Notes: generated by a model from the letters alone, not told the origin. DNA of 64,000 bases from Octopus sinensis (GCF_006345805.1 NC_043010.1:27528001-27592000), one strand, 5' to 3'. Positions 40,211 through 55,610 are shown, numbered from the stretch's first letter. Numbers and translations: made by a program.

Positions 40211-40214
40211 GACA

Positions 40215-40372
40215 GGTTTCTCTCAGTTTCCGTCTACCAAATCCATTCACAAGGCTTTGGTCGGCCCGATGCTATAGTAAAAGACACTTGCCCAAGGTGC
40301 CACACAATGGGACTGAACTCGGAATCATTTGGTTGGGAAGCAAGCTTCTTACCACACAGCCACGCCTGCGCC
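40215..40372 (-). mobile_element. SINE family B 5' half
   Basis: Reverse complement of the family B head. Confidence 0.75.
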
Positions 40373-41399
40373 TCTATATACCTATTTATTTATTTATTCT
40401 CAATACATTCTGGCAGATTCAAACTTGAATATCTGATCCACGTTGTTTTGCGTCATCAGAGAATACATCCTACCATCCGAGTATGTGTATTCATAACACA
40501 TGCGATTCAATCATATAAGGGGACTTTGAAACACCAGGGTGCTTCGACCTAACGGTGCGTCTCCTTAGGGAAAGCTGCCTCCAGTCCAATGAATCTAACA
40601 AGCATTTTTATATAGAAATCAGCAGACAAGCTATTTGCTGATGCGTGCTGATGTGATTCAGAAAGAGCACGAATCTAAACAATTGCGTATCTATTCATTC
40701 TTAATACATTATGATAGATTGGAAAGTGTATGTCTGATTGCTATTGTTTTTACGTCAGCGGAAAACATCTCCTTCCGTTACAAGGCGAATGTTCGTAACA
40801 CGCGATTCATTGAGGTAAAGCGATTTTGAGACACTGCATGGTTTCGTCGTGTGTCTCCTCAGTGAAATCTAACCACCCCCCACCTCCGTCCAATGAAATA
40901 TAGCAACTGTGTAGATTCTTCGGCGAAAATATCGTGTGTTTGTTTAGAATACCTTATGCACAATACCTTGCATAGAATATAGAGAGAGACAAAAAAAATC
41001 GTACTTCATATTTTTTTCCTAACATAATCCGGCTGTTCGGTCTTAATTTAATTCGCCAGCTTAATTTAATTCGTCCTAAGTCGAAAGACACCTGCTGTTA
41101 TGTCCTATTATGTGTATTTGTGTAACATTTCTGTGTTGTTTTTCGTCCTTGTTTTCGTATACATTCACTGCTTTCTTCCAAGGAATGTAATGCTCTTATT
41201 TTTCCTTGGGGCTGGCCAGATTGGAGCAATCTCGAGTATAAAGCCGAAATTGCAAAGATAATCTGGAACTCGGCTGAGGATAGAAAACTCCGAATGATCC
41301 ATCCTTATTTTCCTTGTATCGTCTGTCTGGATATTTTGTTTTCCTTTCTTTGTTTCACTTAACTGTCTGAATGTTTTGCGTTCTTGTCCCATTTTTGTA

Positions 41400-41457
<58 letters not shown>

Positions 41458-41536
41458 AGTATGTATGTATGTATGTATATAAGGTGTTGATTTAAAAAAT
41501 CTATCGATATATTATGTAGAAGAGTACAGTCAATAT

Positions 41537-41586
<50 letters not shown>

Positions 41587-42069
41587 GTGTGTGTATTTAT
41601 GAATACATACACTTCCATGGATTCAATAGCAGAGCCATGACTATCGTCGAGAACATCAGATGATGTCATCACGTTTCCATCAAAGAACTACGTGCTCGCA
41701 CGCATCGGCCCGCAGCCTCCCACTTCATAGGTATCCATCGCATGTGCTGGTACAAACATATCCTCCGCCTCCAGCTTGATCCTCCTACAACGGCTTTACT
41801 CTCATTCGAAGCAGCAGCTGCAGGTTGAAAGAGGTCATGTGGGCAAGCTCCCCAACAGATGGCTGGACGTGACTGGGGGAAATTTCAGAGGCTCGACGTT
41901 ACGTTCGATGATACAGAGGGGCTGGTCAGGGTTGGGGACCACTGGTGAACGTGGTTAGCTCAATGCATAATGACATCTCTGGGACCACTAACATGAGATG
42001 ATCCCAGCCCCATCATTCAAGAGCATGAAATAAGCAAGCAAGCATTCATTAATTCATTATCTTCGATAT

Positions 42070-42112
<43 letters not shown>

Positions 42113-42168
42113 CATACATACATACATACATACATACATACATAATACATATATATGTTACATATATA

Positions 42169-42222
<54 letters not shown>

Positions 42223-42718
42223 GTGTGTGTGTGTAGATAAATGGATAGCTATGTGGATATAAACAAAGATATGTATATATGCATGCGTATATGTGTGTGC
42301 ATCTTTAGGTGCGCATGTCTAATTCTTTTATTCTTTTATTCGTTCCAACCATGCGGCTGCACACACACACACACACACGCACACACACACACACACGCAC
42401 ACACACACACACATACACATTATCATTATGTATATGTACATATTTGTGTATGTGAATGAGAACATCTTTCAGGTAAGATTTCTCATTAACAACACTAGCT
42501 ACTTCACGTACGCCTGTGAACAAAATAAAAGAAAAATAAACCGTTTCTTAGTATGTATTGTTAAATTACCCTCGGGTGGAAACAGTTTCTCAATGCATTT
42601 GTTTTTATTTATTTATTTATTTTGTAGTTTCTGTAAATGAATGTACTTCATAAGACTGCTTACAGATATTATCAACAAACATTGATAGCTAGATAGATAG
42701 ATAAGCAGACAGACAGAT

Positions 42719-42812
<94 letters not shown>

Positions 42813-42899
42813 ACAGACAGACAGACAGATAGATAGATAACATACATACATACATACATACATACATACATACATACATACATACATACATACATAAGA

Positions 42900-44270
42900 C
42901 ACATCATTGATGGTGATATTCTTGCAACTGCGATCCAGAAACTCCGGGATGGAGAAGCACTTGGAAGAGACTTGATTGTTGAATATTGGTACAAGTAGCT
43001 ACCCTTCTACCGATCATGTCTTAACAATCTGTACCAGCAAATTTTCAATGGGAACAGGAGCATAATACCACACTGGTTAGCTCTGGCAGAAACAAAATTG
43101 ATTCCTAAATGCAGAACCACCCATATGGCAAAGAACTACCGGCCAATTGCATGCCTGAACTTAATGTATAAGATATATGCAGCATACTTAAACCTCTTCC
43201 TCCAGGACTATTGTGAAAACAATATTATGACAGCAGAACAAGCAACTGGGAAGAAGGGGGTTTGGGGATGTACCAAGCAATTGTTAATCAACAAACTGTG
43301 ATGCCAGAGGTGCGAGAGCATAGGAGGAACCTAGTTTCAATGTGGCCAGACTACAAGAAAGCCTTTGACTCTGTTCCCCACTCATGGATGCTTGAAGGCC
43401 TTCAAATTGCTAAAGTTCCAGTGAGAATAGTCAAAGTCGTAGCTGACCTGTCTTCATCGTGGGCCACCGTCATGAAATTAAACACAAAGAGTGACTGTAT
43501 TATCACCGATAGAATACAGTATGGCAAAGGCTTATTCCAAGGGGACAGCCTCTCTTTGATGTTGTTTATACCTTCTGCAAACCCCTTGTCATTCATGTTA
43601 AGAAAGTCTGAAGGATATCTCACTGGTTCACAAGGAAACAGAAATACCAAAATTACACACTGTTTCTTTGTGGATGACTTGAAACTATATGCTGAGAATA
43701 TGCACGAGATGAAAACGAGCCTTGTCCTAGATACAAGATTCTCTTCAGAGTATGTAGGGTTGGAATTTGGTCAGGATAAATGTTATATGGTTGTGAAAAG
43801 GAGGAAAACACGTGTCACTAAAGGATACTACAGCCGAATAAAACAAATCTGGACCTCAGAACTCACTGCTTCGATAAAACAGTGGCCTACAATGTGTTTT
43901 CAGTGCCAGTACTCATACCAACATTTGAACTGCTTGATTGGATGTCTGATGAAATCCAAGCCATTAATGTGAAAACCCGAAAATTACTAATAAGCGCATA
44001 ATTTCCACAAACAGTGGCGTAGGCCACCTCTACCTAAAACGAAGACAAGGCAGCAGAGGCTTAACAAAAAGCCTTTGAATGTCGCATCATGTCCCTTCGG
44101 CAACATTAATCTGCAGGTACTCCATCCAGATTACAAGTTCAGGTTTATACCTGTAATCATTGGAGCCCCGGGATATGTAACACACTGCCTAAATACAAAT
44201 CTTGAGAATTTAAGCTTCTCAAAACCAGAAAGGAGAAAGCTAATTCGAAGACTACAGATCCAGTCCGTCA
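42900..44270 (+). pseudogene. Degenerate R4/Dong-like LINE RT and REL C-terminus
   Basis: NYRPIACLN, DYKKAFDSVPHSW, GLFQGDSLS, FVDDLKLY, FIPVIIGA.G. Confidence 0.85.
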
Positions 44271-44289
44271 ATTCGAAGACTACAGATCC

Positions 44290-44682
44290 GATCATTCAAT
44301 TGTCCCGCAATGCCCAAGGCATCTCCCCGGAAAATGTTCATTCAGAAAATCACGAACCTGTAATGCATAATGGGGCTGAGCCCCATTCTGGTGAAACGAG
44401 ACAGGATTTCCCCTTCCAAGTGAATGCACGTGAGGCATCATCTTGTTGCTAGGCATGTCCACATACGAATCACCTGTCATAAAGCCCTCAAAATAAAATG
44501 GTCCAATTACTTGATTATGCCAAATCCTACACTACGCCATTATCTTGCCCCCACCTTGTTTATTTTCTGCCTCCAACCAATGAGGAAGGATTTCTGAGTA
44601 ATATCGGCATCTGTGAAAAGAGATTAAAAAAATGAGAATGTTGGCACGTTCACATATTGCATGAGTTTGTGGCCACCCTGTA
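44290..44682 (-). mobile_element. Tc1/mariner-superfamily remnant
   Basis: FHQNGAQPHYALQVRDFLNEHFPGR; terminus ta-cagggtggccac on the minus strand. Confidence 0.65.
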
Positions 44683-45336
44683 TATTAACACAGTTCTACC
44701 AGAAAAGTGATTGTGAGATTAGAACCATCGAACTTTCATCTTCCAGTAAGACACCTGACCGACTAAGCCAACTTCAGATTCCTAATTTTATCTTTTGTTT
44801 CCGAAAACATAACTTAAGTCAATAATTTAATTATTTTTGTTTATCATTATTAAATTTTACATTGATTTCATTTGATAATCTGACAAGATTTATGAAATAA
44901 CTTCCTAATCACATCAATTAAACAAACACAATTATGGTCACTTATATGCACATACACACATATATACTTATATACCTATACATACAAACTCACACACACA
45001 CACACACACACATACACACACATATATATGTGTATGTATGTAGGTATTTGTATGTATACATCCATATATGTGTGTGTGCGTGTGTGTGTATGCAAGTACA
45101 AATATATACACATATGTATATTCATAAGTACATGCATACACACACACACACAACACGTTCATATGCATACGTACATATACGCAAAATTTGTTTGCAGTAA
45201 ACGTTATATAAACAGACATATATGCCTGTGTATAAACAAGCAACCATGTGTGTGTGCGAGTAAATATATATGTATATGAACACGTGTATATATATGCATA
45301 CATTTATATTTGTGTGTAGATGTGTGTGTGTGTATG

Positions 45337-45372
<36 letters not shown>

Positions 45373-45374
45373 TC

Positions 45375-45530
45375 GTGGCTGTGTGGTAAGAAGCCTGCTT
45401 CCAACCGCATGGTTTTGAGTTCTGTCCCACCGCATGGGACCTTGAGCAAGGGTTTTCTGCTATAGCTTCGGGCCGACCAAAGCGTTGTGAATGGAACTGA
45501 TACACATAAACTAAAAAAAAAGCCCGTCGT
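45375..45530 (+). mobile_element. SINE family B 5' half
   Basis: gtggctgtgtggtaagaagc...gaccttgagcaag. Confidence 0.7.
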
Positions 45531-45595
45531 ATATATATATAAGAGAATATAAGGATAAAAATCACGTTAATGATTTTTATCATGTAGTCAGCATC

Positions 45596-45930
45596 CTATA
45601 AACATTATATCAAGGTAGATTGGGCGAAAATGACCTCCAGCATGCTTGAAGTGCCAATACCTTAAAAAACTCCTCAAAACTCCAGCTAAAATCTACACGT
45701 GGCTTCGAGCGGGCTAGTGAGAGAAAATTACAATCACGTTGATTGTGAATTAGTTCCATATAAAAGCAAAAAATAAGCTTTTTCCCTTCGTCAATACAAT
45801 GCACAGTGGTGCGGGGGTAATTGTACATACCGTCCAAAGCAAGTTTTTGGTAGTTTTTTCAAGGTATCGGCACTTCAAGCATACTGGAGGCAGGTCATTT
45901 TCGCCCTGTTTCCCTTGATATAATTGTATA
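45596..45930. mobile_element. Fold-back element (arms ~45596-45680 / 45842-45930) with a degenerate hammerhead in the spacer
   Basis: atatcaagg...gggcgaaaatgacctccagcatgcttgaagtgcc is inverted. Minus-strand spacer reads attgta-TTGACGA...GGAACTAATT-cacaat. Confidence 0.65.
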
Positions 45931-46040
45931 TATAAATATATATATATATGGCGGTGCCCCAGTATGGCACTCGTGAGCTGAAACTAGATAAAATAAATAA
46001 ATGAACAAATATATATATATATATTTATATATATATATAC

Positions 46041-46094
<54 letters not shown>

Positions 46095-47097
46095 TTGTTT
46101 ATTTATTTATTTAAATGTGAGTGTCTTTGTGTCTGCGTCTGCGTTTCCCCCGCCGTCTTTTGACAACCAACGTTGGTGTGCTTACGTCCCTGTAACTTAG
46201 CATTTTGGCTTACAATATACATTTATATATACATACATACATGCATACATAAATTCACATATAATACATATATATATATATTATATATATATATATATAT
46301 TTATATACGCACTTTATGTATGTTGTTACGTCATGAGAATTCGTAAACTTTCGAGAGAATGTAAAATGATGCTGGTTTGTTTTTTAGAGCAGTAAATCTC
46401 GAAGCACATAACGCTATAAACAATAACTTCTAAATATTTGCTTTCAAAACCCTTTTGGATAGAAGCCGAAGATTTACACACACACTCACACACACATATA
46501 TAATGTGTGTGTGTGTGTGTGTGTGTATGTGTGTGTGTGTGTGTGTGAGGAAGTTTCAGAATTAGAATCAGAAACGAAATAGAGGAACAAACGTAATATT
46601 CACACAAAAGACAAAACGTTGTCAATCCTCATTAGTTATCGTCCAAAGGATCCTTACAAGTTCACGGTTTTTAACGATAATATCGTTCACTTTTGGTGGT
46701 GTCGGCAGCGAGAGGCTGCCGGGAATAGCGAACGAACAAGGGACAGTAACGAAAACAAACACGACAAATGTGAACATAGGAACAAAATAACATAAATATA
46801 TATTACGCAAGCAAAATAAAGCCTTGCGGCTTGAAGACGAGATGGGTATATGGATAACGCGAGGACAATGTCTTGTAAGAATGGAAACGATTTTTTAAAA
46901 AAAGCAAAAAACGAACGGTGAAGAAACAAACGGTGTTGAAAGTAGAGGAGGAGAGAGAAATGCGATCAGGCGAGAGTAAAGGAATGGAGGATAAAGATAA
47001 GAATAACCACTCGTCATGTAACAGTGGCATGAGAGAGAAAAGGTGGTAGCGGGCAGAGGTACAGAAAGTAGTGCAGCGGAAAGTGGGTGAGAGAGGG

Positions 47098-47136
<39 letters not shown>

Positions 47137-47199
47137 GACGTTGAATAAAAAAATATTCGACTGAACAGTTGAAAAATAAGAAGCATGCATAGCGATACG

Positions 47200-50100
47200 T
47201 CTCTATATATATAAAACTGAGAATGTGTGTCTATTTGTCTGTCTGTCTGTGGGTTTCCCTAAAACTTGAGAACTACACAACCAATTTCATTCAAATTTTA
47301 CACATGCCTTAATTAAGGTCCGGGGAGTGTCATCGGCAAAAAAATCTTAACTTTTTCCCTAGGGTGACCCCACAGCAATATCATATCTTCTCCACTATTT
47401 CAGTATTACGTGTTAAAAGTGAAACAAAAACATCTCTTTTGTAATACAGACACTTTCACTTTAATACTGAAACTATTAAAGTGAAAGTATTATATAACAG
47501 GGATGAACTATTAACAATGGTCATCCATTTTACTAGAAGAAGATCCGCTATGGTCTTATATGCTACACCTCTGGTTTTCAATTCATATTAATCAAATTAA
47601 TATTCAATTTTTCACCCTTATTATGTGCGTGTGTATTAGCAATTCGTATAAAATTGCATCAATGACTTGAACTTGAATAAGTGGTTTCACATAAATGGAG
47701 ATAAATTAAAAAGGTTTGTTGTTATTACTATTACTGTTTGACTATTGTAATCACGTTTGTTGGTTCCTCGTAAGGGAAACGTTGTTGTGTTGCATTTGTT
47801 AAATAATTGTAAACCGTAACCCTCCCCCTTTCGGAGAAGGGGCTTTGGTTATTGTTTAAAAATTGAATTGTGTCCCTGTTTGGGGAAATTGACAATATTT
47901 TCACCGTCTTTACGGAAGCATTTTTGTTAAAATGCCTTCGATAGAAGAAAGTCCAAAAATGAATTTCGCTGCAGCCGTACACTTCTATACAAGAGGGAGG
48001 ACAAGATCCAATTGATCGAAATTGCAAGAGACGGGCCTATAATTCCAGTCTGTTATATATTTTGAGTATTATTATCACTAGCGATATCAAGATATAACTT
48101 TGTATTTTGTATTTTATGTGTAGATGTATATATATAGATGTACATGTAATATGTACACATATACATACACATATATACATGCATAATATATCTACCCATA
48201 CACACATACATACACACACACACATACATAGGGGCAGGTGTGGTTGTGTGGTAACAAACTACGTTCCAAACACATGGTCCTGGGTTCAGTCCCACTGTGT
48301 GGTGACTTAGCATGTGTCTTCTGCTGTAGCCAACAAAAGCCTTCTCAGTGGATTCTGTACATATATACAGGCACACATACATATATATACTTGCATACGT
48401 ACATATTCGGCATAAACACTCTACCACTACAACTAATAACTGTTGGGAACACTGTCAAACCTGCCTTACATTCGAACCGAAATCTCAACGCCCGAGTTTT
48501 CCATCTGAAGTTAATCTCTCTCATGGAGCTCATACAAAAAGGGCAAGTCTTTGGCCCCATACAATGTGACATGTACACAATCGAGTGGCAAAAAAGGGGC
48601 CTTCCACATGCTCATATCCTGCTTTGGCTCTCAGCGAAGATCAATTCCAATGACATCGACAAGATAATCTCTTCAGAGCTTCCTGATCCAGCTTTAGACA
48701 AAGAACTATACGAAATAGTTAAAGCAAACATGGTCCATGTGGGCGTGGATTCAACATAAACACACCATGCTTGAAGGACAGCATATGTTTAAAAAGATTT
48801 CCAAGGAGGTTCCTACAAGAAACTCAGGCAGGTGCTGATGGGTATCCATCATACAGACGCAGAAAACCAGAAGACGGAGGTTTCACAGCAACTATCGGAC
48901 AGCACGATATTGATAATAGATGGATTGTTCCATACTGCCCACTCCTGTCAAAGACTTTCTATGCCCACATCAACATTGAGTTTTGCAAATCCGTTAAATC
49001 CATCAAGTACGTTTGCAAATATGTAAACAAGGGTTCTGACGCTGCAATGTTTGAACTTCAACAAGAATACTGCCAGGATTAGGTGACGCATTATCAGGTG
49101 GGACGGTACATAAGTAGCAACGAGGCTTTCTGGCGCATCTTTGGCTCCAATTCACCAACGACACCCCGCCATTCAACAGCTTGCAGTGCACCTGGAATAT
49201 GGTCAAAGAGTGTACTTCACCGATGCTAATGCTTCTCTGTTGGCAGAGGAACCAAGGGATAGCACACTCACTGCATTCTTCAAGCTTTGTCAAGTGGATC
49301 CATTCGCTCAAACCTTGCTGTATCCACAGATTCCATCGTACTACACTTGGAATGGAAAATAAATGGGCCCCACGGAAAGCAGGTCAAAATGTTCATGGAT
49401 ACCCTGGCATTAAGTTTCACACTTGCCTTGGGCGAGTATACACAGTGCATCCCACTCAACAAGAGTGCTTCTACCTTCGTCTACTACTGCATGAGGTCAG
49501 AGGATCAACGTCTTTCAGGCCCTAAAAACCGTTCATGGACATGTCTGCACAACATACAGAGAAGCCTGCTATCGACAAGGTCTGTTAGAAGATGGTGCAC
49601 AATGGGATGCAACTTTAGGAGAGGCTGCTTTATCACAATCACCTAAAAGTCTCAGGGCACTATTTGCAGTATTACTACAGGCATGCGAACTGTGTGATCC
49701 GGCCACTCTATGGCTCAAATATAGAGACAACCTGGCTGAAGACTTTCAGCGCCAAGCTCAACTGCCCTATCCTGACATGGAGGGTATCAGCAATGTAGTC
49801 TATAACAAAACACTCATTGACATTGAAGACAGAATTGCTAAACTGGGTGGAAATGAATTGTCGACGTATGGCCTGCCACAAGCATTCAGGTCAGGGTCAA
49901 ATAGCCCTCCCACTGATGTCATTCGTGAAACAACCTACAACACTCAAGCGTTTTCAAAGTACATTGTTGAAAATGAGCCTACATTACTTCCGGACCAGCT
50001 GCAGCCCTACAGAACTATTCTTAACAGTGTACGCCAACGCGAGGGACGAATCTTCTTCCTCGATGCTCCTGGAGAGACAGGTAAAACATTTATTACAAAG

Positions 50101-51520
50101 ATTCTCCTTGCAGAAGTTAGGCAGCATCAGGACATTGCAGTAGCTGTAGCCTCCTCTGGCATTGCAGCTACTTTGTTACCCGGTGGCAGGACAGCACACT
50201 CAACTTTTAAACTCCCTCTCAATTTAGCAGCATCCGAAATGCCTTCATGCAACATCAACAAAAGCTCAGATCAGAGACAAGTACTTAAAATGTGTCATCT
50301 AATTGTCTGGGATGCGTGCACTATGGCTCACAAGGGAGCTTTGGAAGCATTAGATAGAGCCCTGAAAGACATCCGAGACTGTCAGGCTCCAATGGGAGGT
50401 GTAACGCTTCTGTTGTCAGGTGATTTCAGGCAAACTCTTCCTGTCATTCCGAAAGGCACTAGAGCAGATGAAGTCCAAGCATGCCTGAATTCCTCTACCC
50501 TATGGCATCATGTTACAATCCTCAGTCTCACCACTAACATGAGAGCTCAGCCACACGGCGACAAAATGTCCACAAAGTTTACACAAGACATTTTGACACT
50601 TGGTGAAGGCAATATGCCTCTCGATGCTGCAGGACAAATGGAAGTGTGGTCATTTTCCTCTGTTGTTAATTCTGTAGATGACCTCAAAAACAAAGTCTTT
50701 CCCAACTTCACACAAAACTACCAAAATCACAATTGGCTGTGTGAAAGAGAAATATTAGCTCCAAAAAACGTCGCTGTTAACAAAATTAATCAACAGCTAA
50801 TGCATTCTCTTCCCGGCACTATACACACTTACAAGTCTGTTGATACAATTCCAGATACAAATGAAGTTGTGAACTATCCTCCTGAATTTCTCAATTCACT
50901 GGAGCCTCCTGGACTACCACCACACATATTAGCACTTAAAGTTGGAACTCCTGTAATGCTACTCCGCAATCTGGAACCACCAAGACTTTGCAATGGAACA
51001 CGATTGGTGATAAAGAAAATGATGTCACACGTTATCGAGGCGATCATTCTTTCTGGATGTGGAAAAGGTGATGACGTCTTTATTCCAAGAATTCCTCTTA
51101 CTCCATCAGGAGCAGAAATTCCATTTACATCCGGAAGACTGCAATTCCCCCTTCGTGTCAGCTTTGCCATGTGCATTAACAAATCTCAGGGTCAAATCCT
51201 CTCTGTAGCTGGTCTTCTCTTGGAAGAGCCCTGCTTCTCACATGGGCAACTGTATGTTGGCTGCTCAAGAGTAGGAACAAAAGAAACCTTTTTGTATATG
51301 CTCCACAAGGAAAAACAAGGAACATTGTTTACAACGAGGTGTTATAATCTCAACTGCCAGGAGGTATATACATGATCCCCTTTTTTTAAACAAACTTCAT
51401 GTACTTTCATGTATTTATATTAATATACATGTGTGTGTGTGTGTGTATCCATATATATATAACAGAAAAGTCTAATTCTTCAATTGAATTTAACTGGGCA
51501 ACGCCGGGTAACTCTGCTAG
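47200..51520 (+). mobile_element. Helitron, internally deleted, both termini present
   Basis: 5' TC(TCTATATATATAAAA); 3' hairpin ctgggcaacgccggg plus CTAG|T; RepHel remnants; SINE head inserted at ~48230-48360. Confidence 0.92.
48460..51340 (+). pseudogene. Helitron RepHel: HUH endonuclease plus Pif1-family helicase (frameshifted)
   Basis: EWQKRGLPHAHILLW, KYVCKYVNKG, FLDAPGETGKT, SSGIAATLL, GRTAHS, GDFRQTLPV, LCNGTRL, INKSQGQ, HGQLYV..SR. Confidence 0.93.
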
Positions 51521-52228
51521 TTAAATAATAAGTTTCAATATAGCAGACGAGGTGTCCAGTACTAAGGAGTGGCAGAAATAGCCCGAAACCAGGACTGGCA
51601 TGCCGATCTCGTCACTAGAAGATGGTACGGGTTCGCTCCCCTGCTCGCAATTTTATCAGATGCAGCTGTGCATCGTTAACCAGTTGGAGGAGATGTCCTC
51701 TTGGGGTTAAAAAATCTCAGTAGAGTCCGCTCGAACGGACAGCCATGTTAAAGTGGCTACGAATATTACATATCAGTATAACAAGTGCGTTGATCTCTTA
51801 GATAGATTTTAGAATTAGCATTTTTGCTTTTACATATATATATATATATATATAGCACAGAAAGTGCGTATATGTACGTATGCATACGAATGTGTTGTGT
51901 CTGTGTATGTATGTACATATAAATATACATATTGCAAATACTGATAGGGCACAGAAAGTGTGTCAATAGCCAGCTGGAGCAGGTATCCTCCTGGGGCTAC
52001 AAGGTACAGTAGCATCCACCCTCAAAGGCTAACCACATTTAAGTGACAAATATACTTCACGATATATATACAGATATGTGTGTGTGTTTATATATATGCA
52101 TGTATGTATATATGTATGTGTGTGTCTGTATAGATAAATATGCATATGCCCGTCTATGGGGTTGGCCATATCTATCTTTATCTATATATTCTACTGTGTG
52201 TTTCTGTTTCGGATTTATGATTTACTGA

Positions 52229-52285
<57 letters not shown>

Positions 52286-52422
52286 ATAATGAAGGGTGAA
52301 AATTTAATTTGGAAAAATTATCAATTACACCAAGTAGTCTTCGGCATGTAAAGCCTCATTCGAGGAAAATTAAGTAATTTGCTTAGTATTACTTATATAT
52401 AAGTAATTTGCTTAGTATTACT

Positions 52423-52455
<33 letters not shown>

Positions 52456-52550
52456 TATATAATATATTATATATAATAATATATATATATATATATCTAT
52501 ATACTATATATAATATACATACATACATATATATAATATATATATATATA

Positions 52551-52589
<39 letters not shown>

Positions 52590-52595
<6 letters not shown>

Positions 52596-52700
52596 GGAGC
52601 TTCTACAGACTAGAACGTTCATCAAGAGAAATCTCCAGGAGCTTCCTGAAGATTTCTCTTGAATGAAACAGTTCTAGTCCTGTAGAAGCTCTTCTATATA
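52590..52700. repeat. Spacer-less ~55 bp palindrome in (TA)n centred next to a hammerhead-like core
   Basis: agaaggagcttctacag...ccagg|agctt|cCTGAAGAtttctcttgaatGAAACAGTTctag...ctgtagaagctcttct. Confidence 0.75.
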
Positions 52701-53147
52701 ATAAATTAATTTTACTCTGCTATGTATTGAGTACCTTATTTACTGTGTGGTTAACCCGAATCACCCGGGACCTACATAATATATATTATATATATATATA
52801 TAATTATATATATATAATATATATATTATATATATATATGTATGTATGTATGTATGTATATATATATATATAATATATATATATATATTATATATATATT
52901 ATATATATATATATATTATATATATATATATATATATACATATATATATACAACAAACACACACAAGCTAAACAGCCTCTGTCATACATATGTAAAGCAT
53001 CACGCATCAAAAGAGAAATACAAGGAATAATTAGGAAGAACTAAAAAAAATTGTGTAAAATATTGACAACTTCAAACGCAGACATGCTGTGAGTGTGTTA
53101 TTGTCCCTGTCTACATTAAGCCGGGTTTCGGTGTGTGTGTGTGTGTG

Positions 53148-53185
<38 letters not shown>

Positions 53186-53439
53186 TGTGTTGTGTGCGTA
53201 CATTTGTCTTTCATTTTGAATCTTATTTGTTTCATTCGTTGGACTGCGCCCATGTTGGGGCAACACCTTGAAGAGTTTTAGTTATACGATTCGACCTAAA
53301 TACTTATATATTTTTTTTCAAGCCTAGTACTCATTTTATCCTCGCTTTTGCCGAACCGCTAAGTAACAGAGATGTAAATATACCGACATCGGCTGTGAAG
53401 CGGTGGAGGGGGAATAAATTCGGACACAAATCTTACACA

Positions 53440-53474
<35 letters not shown>

Positions 53475-53479
53475 GTGCA

Positions 53480-54020
53480 TCAGCTCTCCACGTTCCCTCC
53501 AACCATTACCCGCCACTTTTTCCCCTCACCTGCAATCCTTCGCACTTGCCCTCCAATACGTGGTTTCCGTACTCTTCAATCTGACTCTACCATCTCCCAC
53601 ATCTTCTCCAACCCACCCTTCTCTTTCTTCAAATGTACCCGTAATCCACGCGACTAACTGATCTGTAGTCCTTTTCTCATTCCCGGCACTAAACTTGAAA
53701 CTCTTGTGCTCCCGTTGCACCTGCCCTTCCTCTCTAATGTCACTGTCTTCCATGCCACTGACTGCTTCGCATGCACCTCCAGTTAATTTCATTTACTGGA
53801 TTTTTTGCTCTTTTTTGTCCCTCCACTTACATAGGACAAACTGGTCAACGTTTGGTTCACCCTTTTGCTGAACACTTACTCGAGAATGGCACTTCGCACG
53901 GATGGTCATTCCCTTCAACATGTGTTCGGACTGGCCTTGCACAGCTGCTTCCCAGAATCCCGTCTCCGTTTTAGGAAGGAATAGCCCTTTTTTTCATTTA
54001 ACTCCACTATTTTCCACTTC
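53480..54020 (+). pseudogene. Degenerate Penelope-like GIY-YIG fragment
   Basis: FACTSS...IYWIFCSFCPSTYIGQTGQRLVHPFAEHL. Confidence 0.7.
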
Positions 54021-55171
54021 ACTTACTTAAATTTATTTATTAATGCGCACAGGTATGGTTGAATGATTAAGAAGCTCGCTTTGCAGCCATGATTTGGGGT
54101 TCAGTGCTACTTCGGTTGCCCCGAGCCAGCCAAAGTTCTGTAGGTAAATTTGGAAACTGTTCGGAAGCAGGTCACACGTGTGAGTGTGTGTGTTTGTGTC
54201 TATGTTTGTCTACCACAACCGCTTGATAACTGGTGTTGGTTTGTACACGTTCCCCTCGGCAAGAGCAACAAATAGAATAAGTAACAAACTTAGAAACAAA
54301 TCCTTGGGGAAGTTGCAGTCGATTTATTATTAAACTATACCTTTCAAAGCGGTACCCCCAGTTTGGCCGTAGGTGAGTGAATCAAGTAAGTAAAAGATAA
54401 AAGGTTTTATTTGTTTGTCTGTTTGTTTGTTTGTCTTTCGTCTTCCTTTCGACCGTCGCAAAGCTATGACCTTCATCATGAAGTGAAAACAGAAACATCT
54501 CAAAATCTGTTCCATAATGGAAGGTGATGAATTTCTTAAAGCTTTATTGGGAATCAATTGAACCTAAATATAGCTATAAAGATATTACATTATCTAATAA
54601 GTAAAACGGTACAAAACATAGCCTTTCTCTTCAATTTATTTTTTATTTTATTTATCCATTTGTTGTTGTTTTTATCTTTGACACAAAACATCCTAACAAT
54701 AATAAACCTTTAATGAGAGAAAAAAGATGTCTGCGCACAAACCTTCAGAAATAATCGATAGGAAGAGAGAAAACTGAATAGAAGGAACAAGACTGGAAAT
54801 AAAGGAATAAAAATAGAAACGGAATACTTATTGATACAGTTACAGAATTTTAACAAGAAGCCCTGATTTCAATAGCGAGACTGTAGTTTGTTTGCTTTTT
54901 AATTTTAATTTTTTTAAATATTTAAATCAAGTATTTTTCGATTATATTCCATTTGTCTCATATTTTTGATCTGAGATGTATGTATGCCTGATATGTAAGC
55001 ATGTATACATACATACATACATACATATATACATACATACATACATACATACATACATACATACATACATACATACATACATGTGTGTGAGCGTGTGTGT
55101 GTGCGAACGTGTAAACATATATAATATATATATATATATATAATTCACACATAACTGCGTAGATAGATCGA

Positions 55172-55214
<43 letters not shown>

Positions 55215-55258
55215 TATATATATATAATAATATATATATATAATATATATATATATAG

Positions 55259-55300
<42 letters not shown>

Positions 55301-55387
55301 GTATATATATATGTATATATATATGTGTATTTGTATGTGTATGTGTGTGTGTCTATCTATCGATTTATCTACGCAGTTATGTGTGAA

Positions 55388-55442
<55 letters not shown>

Positions 55443-55546
55443 TATATATATATGTATATATATGTATATATATATATATATATGTGTATTTGTATGTGTA
55501 TGTGTGTGTGTCTATCTATCGATTTATCTACGCAGTTATGTGTGAA

Positions 55547-55600
<54 letters not shown>

Positions 55601-55610
55601 ATATGTATAT

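Noticed and set aside
41268-41305. Hammerhead-like CTGAGGA...CGAATGATCC
   Set aside because: No GAAA and no convincing stem II or III in this copy.
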